A stretch of 60,844 nucleotides of DNA, the filler included. It is 8 parts of 8 records of this genome, joined end to end, with 100 filler letters (N's around TTAATTAATTAA, not from the genome) between each part and the next. Parts side by side here need not be neighbours in the genome. Positions count along the whole stretch, not along the records: positions 18,277 to 27,706 come from SRR31156797_15454; positions 27,807 to 33,887 come from SRR31156797_15457; 6 more parts are not named here. The stretch is one strand, 5' to 3'. This document shows, one piece after another, positions 19,268 to 28,463 of this stretch (positions are counted from its first letter, which is position 1; each line of letters starts with the position of its first letter). The position numbers were made by a program, and so were the translations under genes. A model generated the notes under the pieces. The model was given only the letters and a program-made list of their open reading frames with translations. It had not been told where the DNA came from and searched no databases.

Positions 19268-20671
19268 TCACGGCTGGGAATAGGTGCCAAATTTTTTTCC
19301 GCATCCGGTGTACGCGTGAATGTTTTCAGGGTTTGCCTGATCAATAACGGATCCGGGAAACAAACAGAATCCACCGCCGGGTGCGCAGATCTCTATGAGG
19401 TTCCTGCAATAGTCTTCAAGCATTTCAGGGCTGCCCTGTTTAAAAAGAGAGGCTGGAACATTACCTGCGATACCGGCCCAGCTTCCAAGTTTTTCCTTGG
19501 CAAGTTTCATATCTGTCCGGTCAAATATCCACATGGATCTTCCTTTTGGAAGGGGATCTGCCGCCATCAGATCAAGGCGCTGATTATAGGTGCCCTCCAC
19601 AAAGGGCACGGGTACACAGCCATGGTCTATTAGTCCCTGCATGGTTGCTCTCAGTGTGGGCCAGTAAAAGGTTTTAAACTGTTCAGGGGACAAAAAATCG
19701 TCCGAGCCCTTGTGGAGCGGCATGAGGATAAAAGGACTTTGGTTTGCCTCGGCCATCTGTACCCCCATTTGAACCGCCATGGGGACCAGGGCATTGGCTG
19801 CTGCCTGAACTCTTTCCGGCCGGCGGTAAATATCTTTGATAATGCCCACGGTGCATCGCATGGTATCCCCGATCATATCATAGGGCGGTTTGGTAATACC
19901 GCCGAACAGGTGGGGTGTACCGTATTTGTTCAGGATCTTAACGGCAGCTCCCTGGAATTTCATCATGGTTTCCCCGGCCATATCCGCTGCCTTCAGCAGG
20001 CGATCAATGGACCTGCGGGCCGGAGCTCCTTTTGCAAGCCCCAGCATTGTGTCTGCAAAACCCGTCGTTTCAATCAAATTAAAGGCGTTGGGGAAATGGG
20101 CCAGGCCGTTCAGTTTGGTGAAAATTCTGGGGAGATATTTCCTGAGGATGTATCCTTCCGGATTATTGATCAGCTCATCATATTCATCCTCTCTCATGTA
20201 CTCGTCTTCAATGTATTGGAAGGGGGTCTCATTGGCCAGGGCCGAACCGAAAATGGCACTGCCCGGCCACCGGATCAGGTTCATCCCCAGGGAGTCAAGG
20301 GCTTGGCCGGACAGGACAAAACTGGCGACAAAATAGTCCAGATTAAAATCCTGGTGAAGCTTGAAGAGGGCCGAAATAAATTTGTCCATATTGTAGAAGG
20401 CATCTTTGGGGCAAAGACTGCTATGGGTCAGAATATACCCTTCGGCCTGAAGATATACCGGTACCTCGTCCGGTTCTTTTAATGCGACAACATCAAGGAT
20501 GCGTTGGGCCCTTAGTTCATACAATTGTGCAATTCCAGGGGTTTCAAAGGTCTTATTTTTTGAAGAGGCCCATCTGCGGGCGTAGAATCGGTATTTTTCA
20601 TCACCTGTCATATGGACCCAGCCCGCGGGCAAAGATTCTGTGATACCTTCCGGTTTTTTATGCTTTTCCAT
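19268..20671 (-). CDS. UroD/MtaA-family (corrinoid methyltransferase-like) protein, long form
   Basis: MPLHKG, FLSPEQFKTFYWP, FVEG, IAGNVP, APGGGF motifs. Confidence 0.8.
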   Translation of the reverse strand: MEKHKKPEGITESLPAGWVHMTGDEKYRFYARRWASSKNKTFETPGIAQLYELRAQRILDVVALKEPDEVPVYLQAEGYILTHSSLCPKDAFYNMDKFISALFKLHQDFNLDYFVASFVLSGQALDSLGMNLIRWPGSAIFGSALANETPFQYIEDEYMREDEYDELINNPEGYILRKYLPRIFTKLNGLAHFPNAFNLIETTGFADTMLGLAKGAPARRSIDRLLKAADMAGETMMKFQGAAVKILNKYGTPHLFGGITKPPYDMIGDTMRCTVGIIKDIYRRPERVQAAANALVPMAVQMGVQMAEANQSPFILMPLHKGSDDFLSPEQFKTFYWPTLRATMQGLIDHGCVPVPFVEGTYNQRLDLMAADPLPKGRSMWIFDRTDMKLAKEKLGSWAGIAGNVPASLFKQGSPEMLEDYCRNLIEICAPGGGFCLFPGSVIDQANPENIHAYTGCGKKFGTYSQP

Positions 20672-20696
20672 GATGGGGGCCTTGTAATGGAATTTT

Positions 20697-21398
20697 TTAT
20701 CCTCTCACCGGTGTCAGCCTGTCGCCAAGGTCCTGCCTTCGTGTTTCCAGGCAGAAATTCACAGCCTGGACCGCATCGTTAAACCAGGTGTCAGCCTTTA
20801 CGACATCGTTCACCAGTTGATCCAGGCAGTTTCCGCCCACAATGATCCGGTTCTTCTTTTGGGGCCTTGCCGCTCTGACGCATTTGACCGAGTCGGCAAG
20901 ATTATCCAGGCAATTGGTCAAAAGACAACTGATGGCCACAAAGTCCGGTTCGAGTTCCACAGTTTTATCGGCAAAGGCCTGAACAGGAACATCGACCCCC
21001 AGATCCGTTACCCTGAATCCGTTGCACTGGAGCATATCTTTCAGGATATTTTTACCCAGATCGTGGATGTCACCTTTAACGGTTCCCAGCAGAACATGCC
21101 CGACACCTTTTGTATTCTCCACAGGCGAATGAAAGGAACTGAGAAACTCTGCCGCCTGGCGCATGATTTCACCGGCCATGATCAGAGCGGAAATATAATA
21201 TTCACCTTTTTCGAAACTTAACCCGATTTGCCTGACACCTTCCATGCAGTATGAAAGCAGTTCAACCGTATCATAGCCTGAGGCATGGAGTTTCTCCAAT
21301 TGCTCAAGGCTCTCTTTTTCCCGTAATGTTGATATCAATTCCAGTAAAAGGGCGGTTTCGGCCGACGGGGCCAGTTTTTTAACATAAGAATCACTCAT
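20697..21398 (-). CDS. Cobalamin-binding (corrinoid) protein
   Basis: Cap domain plus GTVKGDIHDLGKN, DLGVDV, SCLL, VGG; ATG overlaps the gntR stop. Confidence 0.9.
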   Translation of the reverse strand: MSDSYVKKLAPSAETALLLELISTLREKESLEQLEKLHASGYDTVELLSYCMEGVRQIGLSFEKGEYYISALIMAGEIMRQAAEFLSSFHSPVENTKGVGHVLLGTVKGDIHDLGKNILKDMLQCNGFRVTDLGVDVPVQAFADKTVELEPDFVAISCLLTNCLDNLADSVKCVRAARPQKKNRIIVGGNCLDQLVNDVVKADTWFNDAVQAVNFCLETRRQDLGDRLTPVRG

Positions 21399-22152
21399 TC
21401 CATACTCCAACCTGGCTTACCAACTGCATTTGTGCCGGTGGAATAATAAACCAGCCGTATGCACTCGGGTTATCTTTGAAGTCATAATAAACATATTCCA
21501 ATTTAAACGCGGCCTTATTGTCTGATGCCTTAAGAAAATCAGATTCACGTTCATCCATGATCCACGGAAGCAGCTTTAATGTTCCTTTTTTATAGCCGTG
21601 GTGCTCGTTACTGAAAAATAAATCTGACAGTCCGGTTGTCTCCAGCATATCTTCAACAACAGGCGCTTTAGGGTCAAACGGCAGGTAGGCGATCTGGAAA
21701 CAAAAGGGGGTCTGATTGTGATTGATCAGCCGTTCTACCAATATCACCGGGGCATTGAGATCCACCCCCAGCATCCTGCTTTCTGTGGCACATGCCCGGA
21801 CAATATTGGATTTAAAGACTTGGACATCCAGGGCGTCGGTATCGGATAAAATTTTATCCAGGCCACCCAGTCCAAAGGTGGTGGCGCCGACCTCTATTCG
21901 TTTGACAAAGGTGCCGCTCCCATGGACCCGTTTTACCAGCCCCTCTTCCACAAGGACGCCAATGGCCTGCCTGACAGTCATCGGACTGACACTATATTGT
22001 TTTGCAAGGGCGGCCTCAGAGGGAATGCGGATACCCGGGACAAGCCTGCCTGAAGCAATTTCCTCCTTGATAATCAGTGTCAGCTGTGTATAGACGGGTA
22101 GGGAACCTCTTTTTTTTTCAACCGTCTTACCCATATTAATCCAATTCTCCAT
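21391..22152 (-). CDS. GntR-family regulator, HutC subfamily (UTRA domain)
   Basis: PVYTQL..IPSEAALAKQYSVSPMTVRQAI..GSGTFV. Confidence 0.92.
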   Translation of the reverse strand: MENWINMGKTVEKKRGSLPVYTQLTLIIKEEIASGRLVPGIRIPSEAALAKQYSVSPMTVRQAIGVLVEEGLVKRVHGSGTFVKRIEVGATTFGLGGLDKILSDTDALDVQVFKSNIVRACATESRMLGVDLNAPVILVERLINHNQTPFCFQIAYLPFDPKAPVVEDMLETTGLSDLFFSNEHHGYKKGTLKLLPWIMDERESDFLKASDNKAAFKLEYVYYDFKDNPSAYGWFIIPPAQMQLVSQVGVWNE

Positions 22153-22287
22153 GTTTGCATAAAATGTTTTTTAGCCGTCTATACCATATAAGTAGCGGGC
22201 AAGTAAATCAAAGAGTCCTATACACTTATAGAAGAGTGTGTTAGGTTCCTTTTCGATGAAATCCGCAATTGCAATGGGGATGGAAAA

Positions 22288-22941
22288 ATGATGAAAAAAA
22301 AAATAAAGCTTGTCACCTGCCGGGCATTATCACATCTTATTGAACCCATGGTTGACCCGGACGTGGAACGGGTGGTTCTGCCGATTTCCCTCCACTTGAA
22401 CCCCGACACCCTGAGAGCCCGTCTGATTGAAGATATTGCCAGGATAGAAGAGACCGAATGTGATATTATCCTGGGATACGGCCTGTGCGGCAGGGGGCTT
22501 GAAGGGGTGTATTCACAGAAAAGCCGATTGATCCTTCCAAGGGTGGATGATTGCGTGGGGGCTGTCCTCGGGTCCCGTTCACGCCACAAGTCCATTTTGA
22601 ATGAGAACACGGGCTGCTTTTTCCTTGAACCCACATGGATAGGCACTGAGGTCGATATTTTTGACCAGTGCCTCAAAGGTCTTGACCGTATCCCGGAAGA
22701 ATACCGGGAAGAAATTGTATGGATGGCACTCAAACACTATTCAAAATTAGCCTTGCTTCATCACGGCCTGGGCATTGAATCTTTGGCAGCCTCCAACTGC
22801 AGGCGCCTTGCCGAAAATTATAATCTTGAATTTGTACAATATTTATCCGACTTGAGCCTGTTGCAAAATTTGGTAGACGGGCACTGGACCTCCGAAGACT
22901 TCATTATAACGGGTCCGGGGCAAAAAATTCCTTTTTTCTGA
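22288..22941 (+). CDS. DUF1638-like protein
   Basis: LHLNPD, ILGYGLCG, PRVDDC..LGS; family typical of corrinoid methyltransferase loci. Confidence 0.8.
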   Translation: MMKKKIKLVTCRALSHLIEPMVDPDVERVVLPISLHLNPDTLRARLIEDIARIEETECDIILGYGLCGRGLEGVYSQKSRLILPRVDDCVGAVLGSRSRHKSILNENTGCFFLEPTWIGTEVDIFDQCLKGLDRIPEEYREEIVWMALKHYSKLALLHHGLGIESLAASNCRRLAENYNLEFVQYLSDLSLLQNLVDGHWTSEDFIITGPGQKIPFF

Positions 22942-23012
22942 TCCGATCTAATCCAAATATTTTTTTTACAAATTATAGCATCCTGCCGTTATAAAAAAAT
23001 TTAACATTTTTG

Positions 23013-23072
23013 TTGACTTTTTCTGATGAGAATAACTATATAGTTATAGTCTTATAGATGACTATAACTATA
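23013..23072 (+). promoter_or_regulatory. Promoter with palindromic operator upstream of the methyltransferase operon
   Basis: TTGACT at 23013-23018; perfect palindrome ATAACTATATAGTTAT at 23032-23047; 13-bp inverted repeat TATAGTTATAGTC / GACTATAACTATA at 23039-23051 / 23060-23072. Confidence 0.7.
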
Positions 23073-23089
23073 CAAGAATTGAGGTGTGA

Positions 23090-23887
23090 ATGATTATCAT
23101 CGGGGAAAAAATCAACGGTGCCATCCCGTCCGTTGCAAAGGCAATCGCCAAAAAAGATGAAAATTTTATAAAGGAGTTGGCCAAAACCCAGTCCGAGGCC
23201 GGGGCCGCATATATTGACGTCTGCGCATCGGTGGACACCGGTATTGAGTTGGAGACAATGAAATGGCTCATTGATCTGGTGCAGGAGGTGACAGACACCC
23301 CCATTGCCGTGGACAGCCCTGATGCCGGTATCTGTGCAAAATGCATTGCGTTTTGCAACAAACCCGGCCTGGTGAACTCCGTTTCCATGGAAGGGGATAA
23401 AGCGGATACGGTTTTTTCCATTATCGCAGAGACTAAATGGGAATGTGCGGCCCTGCTTTGTGACGATACCGGGATTCCCAAAACCGGGGAAAAGCGCCTG
23501 GAAGTGTTTGCCGCAATAATGGAAAAGGCAAAAGAATATAAAATAGACCCCTCCCGGCTTCATGTCGATCCCCTGGTCGAAATGCTCTGCACCTCCGAAG
23601 ACGGTATCAACACCATCCTCGGGGTCATCCGGGAGATAAAGGCCCAGTATCCTTCAATTCACGTGACCGGCGGTGCCAGCAATATTTCATTCAATCTGCC
23701 TGCCCGTAAATTTGTAAACCAGGCATTTCTCATCCTTGCAATGGGGGCGGGAATGGATAGTGCCATCATCAATCCCCTGCACAAACATATGATGGGGCTT
23801 ATCTTTGCCACCCAGGCGTTGAAGGGGAACGATGAATACTGCATGGAATATATCAGTTCATACAGAGAAGGCCGCTTTGGCCTGTAA
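23090..23887 (+). CDS. Methyltetrahydrofolate:corrinoid methyltransferase (AcsE/MT2-like pterin-binding TIM barrel)
   Basis: IIGEKING, AVDSP, LVNSVS, VDPLV, GASNISFNLP, MDSAIINP. Confidence 0.92.
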   Translation: MIIIGEKINGAIPSVAKAIAKKDENFIKELAKTQSEAGAAYIDVCASVDTGIELETMKWLIDLVQEVTDTPIAVDSPDAGICAKCIAFCNKPGLVNSVSMEGDKADTVFSIIAETKWECAALLCDDTGIPKTGEKRLEVFAAIMEKAKEYKIDPSRLHVDPLVEMLCTSEDGINTILGVIREIKAQYPSIHVTGGASNISFNLPARKFVNQAFLILAMGAGMDSAIINPLHKHMMGLIFATQALKGNDEYCMEYISSYREGRFGL

Positions 23888-23927
23888 ACTAGGCATTTAA
23901 ATTATTATTCAGAAAGGATGTTGAAAA

Positions 23928-24563
23928 ATGACGAAACTTGATGAGGTAAGAGAACATGTTGAAAAAGGGAAAACCAAACTCATCCCCGGGCTGGTCCGGG
24001 AGGCGCTGGATGAGGGTTTTAATCCAGGTGAAATTCTTGATGCCATGATTGCCGGGATGGAGATTGTGGGGGATCAATTTTCATCCGGTACGATTTTTGT
24101 CCCTGAAATGCTTATTGCGGCAAAGGCCATGTCCAACGGCGTGGATATTCTTAAACCCCATCTGGCCGGGGACACTTCCACTGCCCTGGGCACCTGTATT
24201 ATCGGCACGGTTCAGGGCGACTTGCACGATATCGGAAAAAACCTTGTGGCCATGATGATCGAAAGCGCTGGGTTTACCCTGGTTGATCTGGGCGTGGATG
24301 TTTCAGCAGAAAAATTCATCGAAGCGGTTAAGGCCAATGAAGACGTAAAACTGGTCGCCTGCTCAGGTCTGTTGACAACGACGATGCCGGCAATGAAAGA
24401 GACTGTGAAACTGCTGAAGGACAGCGGACTGAAAGGGGTTAAAGTGATGGTCGGCGGTGCCCCTGTTACCCCTGAATATGCCGAAGAAATCGGTGCGGAC
24501 GCCTATGCTCCTGATGCCGGAAGCGCGGCTGTCACAGCCAAAAAACTTGTTGCAGCCGCATAA
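23928..24563 (+). CDS. Methyltransferase corrinoid protein
   Basis: FVPEMLIAA, GTVQGDLHDIGKNLV, SGLLTTTM, VGGAP. Confidence 0.95.
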   Translation: MTKLDEVREHVEKGKTKLIPGLVREALDEGFNPGEILDAMIAGMEIVGDQFSSGTIFVPEMLIAAKAMSNGVDILKPHLAGDTSTALGTCIIGTVQGDLHDIGKNLVAMMIESAGFTLVDLGVDVSAEKFIEAVKANEDVKLVACSGLLTTTMPAMKETVKLLKDSGLKGVKVMVGGAPVTPEYAEEIGADAYAPDAGSAAVTAKKLVAAA

Positions 24564-24598
24564 AGACGAAACTACAACCATAAGGAGGCCCTTACCCC

Positions 24599-25579
24599 AT
24601 GTTAACTGCGAAACAAAATTTACTGGAGACCATAAAAGGCGGAAGTCCTGACAGGTTTGTCAACCAATACGAGTTTATGGAAATTGTCGTACCCATTCCG
24701 GGATTCGAACACCCGGCAGGTCCCGGCCATACAGTCAAAAACGGTTGGGGAATCACATTCGACTGGCCCGAAGGGCAGATCGGCGCTTTTCCGCTCCACG
24801 ATAATGAGCATAAATTGCTCAAGGACATTACAAAATGGAAAGAGGTGGTGGTGCCGCCCAACCTTGACGTTCCGGATGAGGCATGGGCACCGGCCGTTGA
24901 CATAGCCAACGCCGTGAACCGGGACGAGCAGTTTGTGGCCCCGTTCCTGGCCCCGGGCATTTTTGAAATGACCCATCACATGATGGGGGTGGAGGATGCT
25001 TTGATGGCGCTGTATGAAGAGCCGGAACACATGCACGACCTCATTGCCATGCTCACGGACCATGAACTAAAAAGGGCGCAGCTCATCCTCGACCGATTTC
25101 ATCCGGATGCGATTTTCCACCATGACGACTGGGGCAGCCAGACTTCCACATTCATGTCTCCGGATATGTTCAAAAATTTTTTTCTGGATCCGTATAAAAA
25201 GGTATACAAGTTCTGGAAAGACAATGGGGTTGACTTGATCGTCCACCACAGCGATTCCTATGCCGCAACACTTGTCCCTTTCATGATTGAAATGGGGGTG
25301 GATATCTGGCAGGGCGTCATGAACAGCAACGACATCCCCGGGATGATTAAAGAATATAAAGGCCAAATCTCATTTATGGGCGGTCTTGACAGCGGAGAAA
25401 TTGATTTTCCCGAATGGTCACCTGAAAATTGTGCCAGCCATGTTGAAACCGCGTGTCAAACCTGTGGAAAACAATCATTTATTCCCTGTCTTTCCCAGGG
25501 ACTGCCCCTAAGCTCTTTTCCGGGGGTATACGAAGAGGTGAGCAGGCAAATCGACAAAATGAGCAAAAAAATGTTCTGA
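24599..25579 (+). CDS. UroD-family substrate:corrinoid methyltransferase (O-demethylase MT1-like)
   Basis: HHDDWGSQ, FMSP, HSDS, FMGGLD, FIPC; adjacent to the corrinoid protein and MT2. Confidence 0.8.
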   Translation: MLTAKQNLLETIKGGSPDRFVNQYEFMEIVVPIPGFEHPAGPGHTVKNGWGITFDWPEGQIGAFPLHDNEHKLLKDITKWKEVVVPPNLDVPDEAWAPAVDIANAVNRDEQFVAPFLAPGIFEMTHHMMGVEDALMALYEEPEHMHDLIAMLTDHELKRAQLILDRFHPDAIFHHDDWGSQTSTFMSPDMFKNFFLDPYKKVYKFWKDNGVDLIVHHSDSYAATLVPFMIEMGVDIWQGVMNSNDIPGMIKEYKGQISFMGGLDSGEIDFPEWSPENCASHVETACQTCGKQSFIPCLSQGLPLSSFPGVYEEVSRQIDKMSKKMF

Positions 25580-25654
25580 AAATAGCGTTCTTGGCCCCGG
25601 GCTACCGGTATTCACATAAACTATATTCTTACACTTTAAAAAAAGAGGCGTCCC

Positions 25655-26521
25655 ATGAACATAAAAAAAATTCTAATTGCAGCGCTAATCATGATAACAC
25701 TTGGCTTCCCCCTGTCCGCCCTGGCGGAAAACGATCCCCGGGACAGCATTTGTGCCCCCGGAGGCACCAGCCTTTTTCTCTTTTATTATCGGCACTATTA
25801 CGGGGACGAGATGTATGCAAAGGGCAATAAGGTCAGCAGCAATGTCGATTATGACTTTAACATGGCTATTTTCCGGTATGCCCATTTCGTGGGCCTGGGC
25901 GACTGGACCTGGAGCTATGATGTGCTTCAGCCCGTGGGAGATTTGGACCTGGCCTCTTATAATGCCAGCGGACTGGGTGACTTAAATTTTGCCACACACA
26001 TTAATACCCCCATGCTTTTCCAGACGGACCAGCTGAAATACATGATGTCAGCCGGGTTTTATCTGAGCGCCCCCACAGGAGAATATGACGCTTCGGATGC
26101 TATCAATATCGGATCAAACCGCTGGGCCTATAAATTTGAATATACCCCTTTAATACTTCAGGCGGGTCGCCTGGCCCTTGAGCTCACCGGTGATGTGACA
26201 TTTTACACGGATAATGACGATTATGGATCTTCTTCGGCAGAGCTGGAAACAGATCCCCTTTTCGGGCTCCAAACCCATATGAGCTACAATATTACGGATA
26301 CCTTCTGGGTGGGGGTCAGCCACTATCTGTATTCCGGAGCGGAAAACGATGTAAACGGCGTCTCTGAAGATGATAAAACAAAAACCCAGGCCCTTCGATT
26401 CAGCGCCTCGTTTAATCTGGCGCCCAACGTGGTCATGTTGCTTCAGTATGAAACCGAAATCCAACGGGATAACGGGATGAAGCAGGACTACGTCGGTACC
26501 CGGATCGCATACGTTTGGTAG
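25655..26521 (+). CDS. Outer-membrane beta-barrel channel (MetA-pathway-of-phenol-degradation / SphA-like)
   Basis: Signal peptide; SGLGD, APTGEYD..NIGSNRW; C-terminal aromatic residue (AYVW). Confidence 0.8.
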   Translation: MNIKKILIAALIMITLGFPLSALAENDPRDSICAPGGTSLFLFYYRHYYGDEMYAKGNKVSSNVDYDFNMAIFRYAHFVGLGDWTWSYDVLQPVGDLDLASYNASGLGDLNFATHINTPMLFQTDQLKYMMSAGFYLSAPTGEYDASDAINIGSNRWAYKFEYTPLILQAGRLALELTGDVTFYTDNDDYGSSSAELETDPLFGLQTHMSYNITDTFWVGVSHYLYSGAENDVNGVSEDDKTKTQALRFSASFNLAPNVVMLLQYETEIQRDNGMKQDYVGTRIAYVW

Positions 26522-26556
26522 ACTAAAGGCCGGTTTGAAATGACAAGCATCCCCGA

Positions 26557-26590
26557 ATAAAATGTGGTCCCCTCGGGGACCACATTTTAT
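26557..26590 (+). terminator. Intrinsic terminator hairpin (probably bidirectional)
   Basis: ATAAAATGTGGTCCCC-TC-GGGGACCACATTTTAT, a perfect inverted repeat 35 nt after the stop. Confidence 0.85.
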
Positions 26591-26753
26591 GTAAAATGCA
26601 GGTATATTAAAAGTTGTCGAAAGCGACTATGGGTATACAGCCCAAGGTTGTACTTATGAAAGGATAATAACTTCCTTTTTGACAAGCAAAGCATAACAAA
26701 TGAGGATAAAAAGAAACCCAAGGAAGACCAAAACAAAAAATGAGACATAATTC

Positions 26754-26969
26754 AAACTATAGAATTCGGTGTATTGGGTTTTGAATATTGCATTCAGGGA
26801 GGACGAAAGCAGAGTGAGGAAAGGACATTTACCTGAAAATCTTGCAGCCATCCGCCACATCGCATTGAATCTATTGAAGAATAATAAAACCTTTAAAGGG
26901 GGTATGAAAACAAAAAACTTGAATGCTGCCATGGATACAAAATATCTGGAGCAGGTCATGTTCGGCTAA
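26754..26969 (+). mobile_element. ISAs1-family transposase C-terminal relic
   Basis: NSVYWVLNIAFREDESRVRKGHLPENLAAIRHIALNLLK..KTKNLNAAMDTKYLEQV matches the ISAs1 C-terminus; no N-terminal part. Confidence 0.85.
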
Positions 26970-27420
26970 TAAATATTTTAAACGACTTTATGGGCAAATC
27001 ATTCTTTTTTCTTGCGTTTACCTTGTTTCCCAATTCCCCAACCCCTTTCCCGTACCTTATTTTACGCTGCCCCTATTTAGCGCCATTGCAAAACAATTCC
27101 ACTAACACTATTAGGAAAAACTAAATTAATCGCTTGACATAAAATTTTTCATGACTAATAACACAATATGGTTTCCTGCATAAATATCACGAAACAGGTT
27201 AACCTTATGGAAGAATTGTTGCGCCCTTAGAAACCATGGAAAATATTTATCTGACACCCTCACAATCAGTTAATTTACCCGCAAGCCCCGTCACCACGAT
27301 CCTTGACTAGGTTTTTGTGGTATCAGCTTCACCCTGTTATATACCGCATTGTTTTCAAGTACCGTTACATTTACAAGTCAACCCAGACCCATCCCTGAAA
27401 ATTCTTATACCGGAGGATAA

Positions 27421-27706
27421 ATGACACAGACTGTCAGGATTGAAAAAGGAAAGGTCCAGGAAACCCTTTTGCTGCCCTTATGGGGAAGGGCATTTGAAAC
27501 CCAAAAGAGCCGTCCCCGGTTAACGGATAGAAAAGCTGTGGAAATCATTGAAAAGATTGATTACGATTTTTCGGATATCGAAAAAACCCAATCCATGTCC
27601 CAGCATGGCTGGGTGGCACGCAGCCTGCACACAGACAGAATGGCCCTTGATTTCATACATAGGCATCCTGAGGCGGCAATTGTCAATATCGGCTGCGGCT
27701 TGGACA
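27421..27706 (+). CDS. Class I SAM-dependent methyltransferase (TcmP/LCM-like), 3' truncated
   Basis: VQETLLLPLWGRA, DYDF, VVNIGCGLD-type motif (IVNIGCGLD); GGAGG RBS. Confidence 0.85.
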
Positions 27707-27807
27707 NNNNNNNNNNNNNNNNNNNNNNNNNNNNNNNNNNNNNNNNNNNNTTAATTAATTAANNNNNNNNNNNNNNNNNNNNNNNNNNNNNNNNNNNNNN
27801 NNNNNNC

Positions 27808-28434
27808 AAAACCATTGATGAAATCGCTTTTCAGACAAACCTGCTGGCCCTCAATGCGGCCGTTGAGGCGGCCCGTGCGGGGGAGGCCGGCGCCGGTTTT
27901 GCCGTGGTCGCGGATGAAGTGAGGAATCTTGCATTGAGGGCTGCGGATGCCGCCAAAAATACGGCGGGGTTGATCGAAGATACCGTTAAGAAAATCAACG
28001 ATGGTTCGGAGGTGGTAACCGGGACCGGCGAGGCGTTCGGTGAGACCGTTACAAGGGTTCGAAAGGTAGGGGAACTGGTGAATGAAATCGCGGCCGCCTC
28101 AACGGAGCAGGCCAAGGGGATCGAACAGATCAACCAGGCCATTGTGGAAATGGACAAGGTGACCCAGCAGAATGCGGCCAATGCCGAGGAATCCGCCGCC
28201 GCCTCCGAAGAGATGAATGCGCAGGCGGAACAGATGAGCAGCATTGTCGGCGACCTCGTCCATGTTATCGGCGGGAATGGGAACGGAACCCATTCTGGAA
28301 AAATCGTGACTAACACTCGATTAATATCAATGCGCACCGGAAAAGGGAACGGGAGTAAACCGGCGCTTGGAGAAACCAACGCCCTAAGACCTGAGCAGGT
28401 CTTGCCCCTGGATGGTGATTTAAAGGAATTTTAG
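27808..28434 (+). CDS. Methyl-accepting chemotaxis protein, signalling domain (5' truncated)
   Basis: [42 protein letters not shown]. Confidence 0.95.
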   Translation, partial: KTIDEIAFQTNLLALNAAVEAARAGEAGAGFAVVADEVRNLALRAADAAKNTAGLIEDTVKKINDGSEVVTGTGEAFGETVTRVRKVGELVNEIAAASTEQAKGIEQINQAIVEMDKVTQQNAANAEESAAASEEMNAQAEQMSSIVGDLVHVIGGNGNGTHSGKIVTNTRLISMRTGKGNGSKPALGETNALRPEQVLPLDGDLKEF

Positions 28435-28463
28435 GGTGGTGTGGGATGGCAAATACCCGGCTT

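Noticed and set aside
19268-25579. Pyrrolysine-containing methylamine methyltransferases
   Set aside because: The methyltransferases are UroD-family and pterin-binding types with uninterrupted frames; no in-frame TAG, MttB/MtmB motifs or pyl genes were seen.
27160-27240. ATGGTTTC / GAAACCAT inverted repeat upstream of the SAM methyltransferase
   Set aside because: An 8-bp match about 55 nt apart with no further support.
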